Shown: positions 53,571 through 64,000 of the stretch, piece by piece
Layout: every line of letters starts with the position of its first letter
How positions within the stretch are numbered: position 1 is the first letter of the stretch
Notes under the pieces: model-generated
What the model saw: the letters and a program-made list of their open reading frames with translations, nothing else
What the model was told of the DNA's origin: nothing
The model's database searches: none
Made by a program: the position numbers and the translations under genes
Source of the DNA: Tubiluchus corallicola
Lineage: Eukaryota > Animalia > Priapulida
Assembly: GCA_030141605.1 (NCBI GenBank)
Contig: JAQGDQ010000878.1
Location: forward strand, 21,080-85,079
DNA length: 64,000 bases
Reading direction: 5' to 3'

Positions 53571-54258
53571 GTGGGTGGGGTTTACATTATTTGTGAAATG
53601 TCACCGGGACCTAATTCACCACTTTACGATTGTCATAATATATGGTCCGCCACAAACCTTGCAATAATTTAATAAAAACGAAACAATCTGCTCAGAGTAA
53701 TGGCTGACCGACAGTTCACTCATTTACCATCTAAGTAACCAGCCGACCAGCTAACCAACCAAACTTCAACAAATTTAACCAGCCTGCGTACTCACCTACC
53801 TGCTAAACACACGTACTTGGTTATAACCGAAACAATTTATCAACTAACTAACTAACTAACTGATCAGCTAACCAACTAACTGATCAGCTAACTAACTAAT
53901 TGATCAGCTAACCAACTATCGGTAAGATTGGCAACACTTCGGACTCTCCCTGTATCCATCTTGATTGTGCGTTGTGTTAAGGTTTTGAAATCTCTGCAAA
54001 TCAACGCATTGAAGATGTGACAAATTGCATAAAGATGGAAGCTGAACACAAAGGAGACCGTCTAATACGAAACTAAAACCCTATTCAGTCTGAATTGAAA
54101 TGCAACACCAACAGGCTGATCAATAACATGATGGTGTCGTGAAAAAAGGGCTTATTAATAACAGAAGAACCGAAAATTTAGTTTTAAAGTAAACCGTCAT
54201 AGTTGGTTAAAGTCACTTTCAACAGGTTATCACAACACGCTGGCAAGATATTATATAT

Positions 54259-54740
54259 CAGGGGTGTGCAAATTATCTGACTAGCCGGGCCACATTAAAC
54301 TTTCCCGCAATTCCTGCGGGCCACAGGCAGTTTGATCAAGGAGCCAAGTACAGAAAGGCCTGATAACAATTTTTTTGCATCCGACATGCGTGCATCATTA
54401 CTACTACACTCAAGAAACTATTTTAGAAGTTATTAAAATTTATATTACAAACCATATATTTCTACTTTCAGGACAGATAGTTTTAATTTCATTACAATGC
54501 ATATTAGTAATGTGTATCACACAGTCTGTGCAGTACAGTGACATTAAGCTACAACCGTCTTGTAAGGGTTAATGGCATGCGATCTAGTAGAAAAAACCAC
54601 CCGCACTATCTTTGGGATTGTGGCACGGACTTCAGCTGGATACACTCAATTAATCGCCAGGGCCGCACTTTCATTAGGTTGACAAATCTCTTCGCGGGCC
54701 GCACAAATTCTCTCGGCGGGCCGCAATTTGCACACCCCTG
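54259..54740. mobile_element. hAT-type MITE copy 4
   Basis: TIR CAGGGGTGTGCAAATT; 8-bp TSD TTATATAT. Confidence 0.92.
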
Positions 54741-55763
54741 TTATATATACTATTGTTAACTCTTACAGGCTTGTCAGCTCTTGCGTTTTGTGAAATGGGA
54801 TGAATTATTATATCATTAGTCTGTCAACTTCTTTACTCTTGTATTTAGTAACGCTATACGTGAAATTATTTAATTTTTGTGTTTGTCATGTATTTTGTTT
54901 CACTTTATATTTGTATTTTACGTGGTCGTAACTACTGAACTTAAATTCGAATTTTTCTTCTGCTGTCCTCCTTCTTCTCTTCTCTTGTTCATTCTCTTTC
55001 AGCTCTCAGCACTTTTTGCATGTCAGCTCAATTTGTCATTCTCTTCTCATGACTAATGTCAACGCCTTCTTTGCATTTTTCTGTCTTTCACTAATTTTCT
55101 CAACTAATGATCTTTTACAGTTTTGAAGATTTTAAATAATTAATAGTTTCGATGAAAATAATAAATAAGTCCTACTCCTATTAGGGGTAAATACGCACAG
55201 AGTGTGATTGAGAATTTCCCTTTTTTAGAAAGTTGTAATCATCTTCCAGACAGAGGGATATGGGTTAATGGTAGTGCTCGTTCGGTGCAATTTTTCCCTG
55301 TTTTTTCCATTTGTGTCTTTTTTTCGTGTGTAACATTCGCCATGCCATATTTACCGTGCCATTACTACCTGTGCCATGCACTTCATGCAAACGTTGTGCT
55401 ACATCTATAGAACATAGTGACCGAAGCAAACCTAACTCCACAACTTGAGCAAAAAATAGTTAAATTTCGCCGTACTTTCACTGTAAAAATGAAAAGTCCA
55501 TTTGACAGAAACGAATAAAAGCCTGTTAAGGAATCAAGCGAGCGAGATGGCGCGAAGAAGAGAATGTATAATGCCAGATTATATGACAATGCGTTTAGGA
55601 TCCATCTAGCTATCAAGTCCCGAGACGAGACGAGTTGCTGAGTCTCGTAAATTGAAGCGTCACCTCCAATCAGCGTCAACTCAGTTGCATTTGCCGCGCG
55701 CGACGCCAAATTGCTTAGAAGTTATTAGTCGAGCGAATCTTGGATTTCTTGCTAAAGCAGCAC

Positions 55764-56750
55764 ACGATTGTAGAAATAGTTTCATTGTTTAAACGATTGT
55801 AGAAATAGTTTCATTGTTTAAACGATTGTAGAAATAGTTTCATTGTTTAAACGATTGTAGAAATAGTTTCATTGTTTAAACTATTGTAGAAATAGTTTCA
55901 TTGTTTAAACGATTGTAGAAATAATTTCATTGTTTAAACGATTGTAGAAATAGTTTCATTGTTTAAGCGACTGTAGAAATAGTTTCATTGTTTAAACGAT
56001 TGTAGAAATAGTTTCATTGTTTAAACAACTGTAGAAATAGTTTCATTGTTTAAACGATTGTAGAAATAGTTTCATTGTTTAAACGATTGTAGAAATAGTT
56101 TCATTGTTTAAACAACTGTAGAAATAGTTTCATTGTTTAAACGACTGTAGAAATAGTTTCATTGTTTAAACGATTGTAGAAATAGTTTCATTGTTTAAAC
56201 GACTGTAGAAATAGTTTCATTGTTTAAACGATTGTAGAAATAGTTTCATTGTTTAAACTATTGTAGAAATAGTTTCATTGTTTAAACGATTGTAGAAATA
56301 ATTTCATTGTTTAAACGATTGTAGAAATAGTTTCATTGTTTAAACGACTGTAGAAATAGTTTCATTGTTTAAACGATTGTAGAAATAGTTTCATTGTTTA
56401 AACAACTGTAGAAATAGTTTCATTGTTTAAACGACTGTAGAAATAGTTTCATTGTTTAAACGATTGTAGAAATAGTTTCATTGTTTAAACAACTGTAGAA
56501 ATAGTTTCATTGTTTAAACGACTGTAGAAATAGTTTCATTGTTTAAACGATTGTAGAAATAGTTTCATTGTTTAAACGACTGTAGAAATAGTTTCATTGT
56601 TTAAACGATTGTAGAAATAGTTTCATTGTTTAAACGATTGTAGAAATAGTTTCATTGTTTAAACGACTGTAGAAATAGTTTCATTGTTTAAACGATTGTA
56701 GAAATAGTTTCATTGTTTAAACGATTGTCGAAATAGTTTCATTGTTCAAA
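55764..56750. repeat. Minisatellite, 29-bp unit, ~34 copies
   Basis: acgattgtagaaatagtttcattgtttaa head-to-tail with no spacers. Confidence 0.96.
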
Positions 56751-56919
56751 ATAAGAGGAAGTTTTTTAAGCACCATTGCGAAAAAAGTAACAGTCCTTTC
56801 TAAACTGTCCAGTTTTCTTGATCTAAACGTTTTGTTTATTTGTTGGCTTCATCAAATTGAAAGTTATCGATAATAAACGCAAGGTGCACACTAAAATTAC
56901 ACTAAAATTATATAAAAGG

Positions 56920-57178
56920 TATTGTAATTCGGGTTCCATTCCAGACGGCAATTTCGGATCCCACTTCTGACACCAGTGTAACGGATCCGGGGTTCCAGCG
57001 CGGATCCGTCTCCTCAGGATGTATAGAGCGGCATACAAGTTATGAAATACTTCACAGCAGACGAGAAAAGTAAACAGAATACGAATGTAAAATAAACTTT
57101 AATGCACAACCAGTAGCTCCATGCCATGTGAACAGACTTTGTATAAAAATCAGCAAACATACAGCATTCACCTTTACA
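56920..57178 (-). mobile_element. LTR retrotransposon 5' remnant: LTR (~56977-57178), tRNA-Leu PBS (56958-56975), start of internal region
   Basis: Minus strand reads ...GTTACA-C-TGGTGTCAGAAGTGGGAT, complementary to a tRNA-Leu 3' end (ATCCCACTTCTGACACCA). Confidence 0.65.
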
Positions 57179-57219
57179 GACAGAAAGGCCAGGTTTGGGA
57201 ATGGTTAAATTACGGCGTG

Positions 57220-57487
<268 letters not shown>

Positions 57488-58304
57488 AGTCGAGACAGAC
57501 ACAACCAGTAATGATTTTCAAAGGCAAGTTTACAGCTAAATAAACACCGCAATAAATGGCGAATGATTCTACGTTCTTATAAACAAAAAGCATAAATTCG
57601 TTACTAAAACACCGAATGGCCAGAGAAGTGGTTTCAAACTATCAGATTTGAGACCTGTCCCTCGTAAAAGAATTTATTCCAGGCGGGATAAGCGGAAGCT
57701 TGCTACGAAGTTGAAAATTCATGGGGCTGATATCCGCTGCTCTCTACTAGGAATTATCCCTAACAAATGGTTTAATGATCACAATTCTAGATATTTGGAA
57801 ACAAATAAACTGGCAGGATTGAAAACTTCATTTGTGGTGCACAAACCTTTGCTGGTTTGCATTGTTATGTGCAGTGATAGGGACAATATGTACATACTCT
57901 GTTGTCACAATAAGTTTCTATCTAATTTGTAAGCAGAAAGTCCCCGGTTCAAACCCGGGCTGTTTACAAACTTTTTCACATTTTCTGTCTTTCAAGTTTG
58001 GTATGAAAATTGAATTAATTGTTGGTTTGTGATGTCATTAATATGAAGCGGGCTACACCGAATGAAAACAGTAATAAACTCAGAATGTATAAACTTTTCC
58101 AAAATACTTATAGAACGGAAAATGATTATTTGTTGATTGGCATTCCAAAACATGTCAAATTTACTTTAACAAGATTTCGTATTACTGCTCATTAATTAGC
58201 AATTAGTAGATATCATAAGTCAAAAATACCTTTAAACAATCCGTAAACAATGAGTATGTAAAAATTGTTTGAACAAAATAGAGCATGGGTTACCACCCAC
58301 CCAC

Positions 58305-58600
<296 letters not shown>

Positions 58601-59867
58601 CTGTATTTTTAGATAGTGGGTTCCCAACCTTGGGGTCGCACGCTAGTCCAAAAACTATTTTTTAAAAATGCTGTTTTCACGAAAAGTATGTAAGTAGGTC
58701 GTGTTTCTTCAGTCTCTCATTACATCATTTTGTTCTGGAAAGTGAAACTGGGTTTTCCCGCTCTAAATGCGGCATATCAGAGCTCGATTTTCGGGAAAAA
58801 TGAAAATGCACTTTGTTCCATGCCGTACACTTGTGTACAGTGTACACCACCCGAATGCGTGTTGTTATTCATTTACCTTGGATACCTATTGCTGTTGCAT
58901 TACTGGTCACTGAGAAACAGGTGCAACCATCACATTAATGAAACAATCAGTCATTGTTTGTTGACTAATAAGTTAAAATTAATAAATGTGAAAGATAATG
59001 ATGTTTAGTAGCATAACATGTGATTATGTTCTTCGTGCGGTCACGATATGATGCAGGGTTCTGGAAAGGGGTCGTCTTCAACAAAAGGTAGGGAACCACT
59101 GAAATAGAGAATGAACTGCATGTAATTACTGAATGCCCCCTGCACACTCATACAAGAGAGGGATGTTTTAGGATTATTTCTGATTTTTCAACTAACTTTC
59201 ATTATTATGTTTTATTCTTTGCATTGTTGTAGTCTGTTCCGTTTTTATGTCTAGCGTACACAGCTTTACCTCTTTTGTATTCTGTTCTACGGGTCAGTAA
59301 ACAGTATCATTAACATAATAATCTGGACAGTATGATTACAACAATTAATCACCGGGCAAATTTCTAGCTGAAAATTAACGGTAGGCAAGCCCTATTAGTG
59401 ATGGTATCACAAACGAACATAATTTTCAACTACACAAACATTCCACGAGCGTGTTACAGGTATTTGCGAAGGTGAAAATTGAAGTGCGACATTCTTGTGG
59501 GATATACAAGAACGCGGTAAGATATTCAAGTTTAAAATTCATATTTCAAGTTTACCACTTACGCATGAGCTCTCGAACGTGTGCCCTACGTCACAACTAA
59601 ACACCTCAAACTGCAGAGATATAGCACCTTTTTTGTTTTTCGAGATGGAGGCACTAGCGTTCGTCTAACTAGCGAATGGCGTAAAAGCAAAGGATCAACC
59701 GCGCGAACACGAATTACATTTCTCTGTCAATAATTATTTCAGGTGTCATTCTTAAAAAAATTGTGCCTTCTTTGATTGTTTTATAGTGTAGATTGTTTTG
59801 AGTCACAGTCTAAAATTGGGTTGACAATTACGGCATTTGCTCTTTCTAAGTATTGGCTCATAATTTT

Positions 59868-60183
59868 ACAGATTATGTAAAACAAGGCATCATTGATAAA
59901 TCTTTAGAGCTGATGTCAACATAGTGCAATCTATTATCTTTCTTCCTACCATTTCCACTAACACATCCTTCTACCCTTCCTGTGTAGTCTAACCTTTCTC
60001 CCAGTTCTTTTTTAATTACTTAATTACTAAATTACTGGTACAGATTATGCAAGACAAGGCATCATTGATAAATCTTTAGAGCTGATGTCAACATAGCACA
60101 ATCTATTATCTTTCTTCCTACCATTTCCACTAACACATCCTTCTACCCTTCCTGTGTGATCTAACCTTTCTCCCAGTTCTTTT
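59868..60183. repeat. Tandem duplication, ~175-bp period
   Basis: acagattatg...ctttctcccagttcttttt occurs twice. Confidence 0.85.
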
Positions 60184-60759
60184 TTTGTTCACTCATCCAT
60201 TCTGTTTTTATCGAGTTCACATGACAGTGGACTTATACAAACCTTTGCTTCTCTAGCCCACTGCAGTACAATTATTCTTGTATGATAACGATAGTGTATG
60301 AAACATAACAATTTAATACAGTATGATGTAATAATTTTGATGCCACTGTGTGCTTAATGTGATAATAATAATAATGATGATATTGATGATGATGATGATA
60401 ATAATAAAAGCAGGACTATGCTCACTAAGCCTATGTTCTATACTTTTCAAAAATTTATTAAAACAACTTTTAAAAAAGTGACTCCGTCCGTCCTGTAATC
60501 TATGGCAGCCGTTCATAAGAGAAGCCGTGTATTGCAAAGCAATAAGAGCAGGCTGTTCTAATCTGCCTATTGTCAGCCTGTCATCGCAAGTAGAAATGTC
60601 GTTTTACGCGCAAAAATACAGAAATTAACTGGGATTTAGCATGAATTGTAAGCAGCTTAACTACGCCTTGGAAAAATATTCGTGTCTCTTGATGAAGCTC
60701 TGAACAACTTCTTACACAAATGGAAGGGGGACTGGAGTGGGGTTTGGGTGACCGGAAAT

Positions 60760-61425
60760 ACAGTCACAGGAAAAAAGTCACGGAAAAAAGAGGACAATTT
60801 GGGCTAGGAAAAAACTCGCAATTCATTTAAGGTGAGCGCAAAAAACTCACAATTAATTTAAGGTGAGCGGAAAAAACTCACAATTAATTTAAGGTGAACG
60901 GAAAAAACTCGCAATTCATTTAAGGTGAGCGCAAAAAACTCACAATTAATTTAAGGTGAACGGAAAAAACTCACAATTAATTTAAGGGGAGCGGAAAAAA
61001 CTCACAAGTAATTTAAGGTGAGCGGAAAAAACTCACAATTAATTTAAGGTGAGCGGAAAAACTCACAATTAATTTAAGGTGAACGGAAAAAACTCACAAT
61101 TAATTTAAGGTGAGCGGAAAAAACTCACAATTTTGACTAGGAAGCAAAGTCAGGTATCAAACAAAAGTATTCAAGTCAGTCACAATTTATTTAAGTACCC
61201 TGGACAATTAAAGTAATATAACAGAAAATATTTTAAATCACTTATCTAATACATGACTTGTACATATTGACAATGCTGTTCATATATGATGGCATTACAT
61301 GTATGTGAAAAAAGCGTTTTGTTCAATATTTTATGGTTACGGTTAGGGTTAGGGGTTATGCTTAGGCTGAGGGGTTAGGCCCAGTGACTTTTTCGTGTGA
61401 CTTTTACCTGTGACTTCATTACCTG
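60760..61425. mobile_element. Non-autonomous element with an internal 31-bp minisatellite (60808-61132, ~10 copies)
   Basis: Left gtcacaggaaaaaagtcac is inverted relative to right gtgacttttacctgtgac; ggttagg runs near the right end. Confidence 0.5.
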
Positions 61426-61837
61426 AACTCAAGTTTTGAGCTTTGGACGTGGACAGAGGACGCACGGGTGTGCAGTCTTATCCGGTTCATTTTTTTCACA
61501 TAAATCGCCGCAAACAATGCCAACGGTCACTCAAGTTAATGGGATACAATAAAATGGAGAAGTCGAATTCATAATAAATTTGTTAGTGGTAGAAGATTTC
61601 TGTTACTGCTAGCCATCAATTTCATCCAAAAAGATCTTATCAACGCACCATTGAATATCAAAAATACAGAGACACGGGAGGTTGTGGGTGACAGGACAGC
61701 ATGGAGTAAAGTGATCAGGAGGATGGGTTATGTTAATCGACGTGTGACTTCAGAAATGATGATGATGATGATGACCGCTTTGTTGCTAAGTTCGTCATCC
61801 ACCCACGCATGCATTGTTGTGGGTTGTGTGTTGAAAT

Positions 61838-62215
61838 ATCTAGAACAATATCTATATGTCTAGAACAATGTCTATATGTCTAGAACAATGTCACATGTCT
61901 AGAACGATGTCTATATGTCTAGAACAATGTCTATATGTCTAGAACAATGTCTATATGTCTAGAACAATGTCTGTAGGTCTAGAACAATGTCTATATGTCT
62001 AGAACAATGTCTATATGTCTAGAACAATGTCTATATGTCTAGAACAATGTCTATATGTCTAGAACAATGTCTATATGTCTAGAACAATGTCTATACGTCT
62101 AGAACAATGTCTATACGTCTAGAACAATGTCTATATGTCTAGAACAATGTCTATATGTCTAGAACAATGTCTATATGTCTAGAACAATGTCTATATGTCT
62201 AGAACAATGTCTAGA
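61838..62215. repeat. Minisatellite, 20-bp unit, ~19 copies
   Basis: tctagaacaatgtctatatg repeated. Confidence 0.96.
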
Positions 62216-62939
62216 TATGTGTACACGCACTACCGCAGATGTCTTTTCCATTTCTTTTTTCTAATTTTCCTTTGATAAACTTTTTTGTTTTCAATTCTTC
62301 TTTTCCTTCTCCTCGTCGCATTTTTCTTCTTCATCGTTTTCATTTCCCGAAGCCTACATACTGTTCCTTTTCGTTGGAACTAGTTCGCTTCTTTTCACTC
62401 GCTGCTTGTCCTTCACCTCGAACGGATCGAAAGTTATTCTAAAAGACCAATAAATTTTTAGAAGGTGAAAATTGCTGGCGGCAGCCATTATTAGCAACAT
62501 CGGGGAGTCAATTGGCAAAAATTTTCCTGCTAGAAGTTTTACAGTCGAGCTGCCAGGGCTCATACATAGCTGCAGTAAAACTTCGCTTTGCTCTCTTCAA
62601 TAATGCAGCATACCGTGATTATCTCGGGTTGTGTAATCTAATTAGTGGCACTAATCTGATTGTTTCACTCAGAATGTAATACTGTAATGGACACGGAAAC
62701 TGTGCCGTGGTGGCTGCCATCACTAGCCTTGTACGTGAATTCTGTCAGGACGTGACGTCATATTGGGACGTAGAATGTTTCGTAAGATACCCAGTAATTT
62801 GATTTTCAATTTTCTTTGCAGCTAATTGACCAACGACAGTTATTTTCAGCAGTTGAGAATTTTTTAAGCCTCTATTTGAAATTTTGCGCCATTTTCTTTC
62901 GCTGACTGTAAAACTTGACCAGACGGTAGGCCTATATAA

Positions 62940-63130
62940 TCTATTGGTAGCCCTTTCCGTCTGGCAGGTTACGAGTTCGATACTACGGCCCGGTCATAAT
63001 AAAAACGTTATAAATGGTACCTGCTATTGCCCTAGCTGGCGCCTAGTATTTAGCGCAAAGTGGAGTAATAATAATCTCTGTTATGTAAGAATTTCTTGTT
63101 ATTTACAGTCGACCATAAAAGTTATGGTCA
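62940..63130 (+). mobile_element. Degraded tRNA-derived SINE
   Basis: B-box-like gagttcgatact followed by ccggtcataataaaaacgttataaatggtacc, resembling invertebrate SINE cores. Confidence 0.35.
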
Positions 63131-63189
63131 TGTTACGGTCATGGCGGGCGTGTGTTGTTTGTTAAGTTTAAAGGCCAACTTTACATAAA

Positions 63190-64000
<811 letters not shown>

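Noticed and set aside
55764-56750. 29-bp repeat array as a CRISPR
   Set aside because: Units are head-to-tail with no unique spacers, there are no cas genes, and the context is eukaryotic. The same applies to 22912-24047, 45505-45896, 60808-61132 and 61838-62215.
57915-57965. tRNA-like B-box (ggttcaaacccggg)
   Set aside because: No complete cloverleaf or A-box recognisable.

Overview
AT-rich, intron-containing, repeat-rich animal (probably invertebrate) genomic DNA; not prokaryotic, and no CRISPR, rRNA or complete tRNA is supported. Three gene regions lie on the + strand. (1) 2.2-12.5 kb: two paralogous signal-peptide + somatomedin-B-like first exons followed by calcium-binding EGF exons, including 12 near-identical exon+intron units of ~330 bp. 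(2) 17329-18507: endophilin A (N-BAR + SH3) with an intronless CDS. (3) 30528-44224: a 10-exon gene assembled by hand, with all intron phases compatible, encoding ~745 aa. It has a short N-terminus, an intact caspase (THG, QACRG, S1 arginines) and two tandem STING-like cyclic-dinucleotide-binding domains, with no TM segments, CARD/DED or C-terminal tail. This caspase-STING-STING fusion is the headline finding: a candidate second-messenger-gated death protease. The rest is MITEs (hAT, pogo/Tigger, piggyBac), LINE remnants, a solo LTR, an LTR+PBS remnant, and mini/microsatellites. All domain calls are by eye from remembered motifs, not from database searches.
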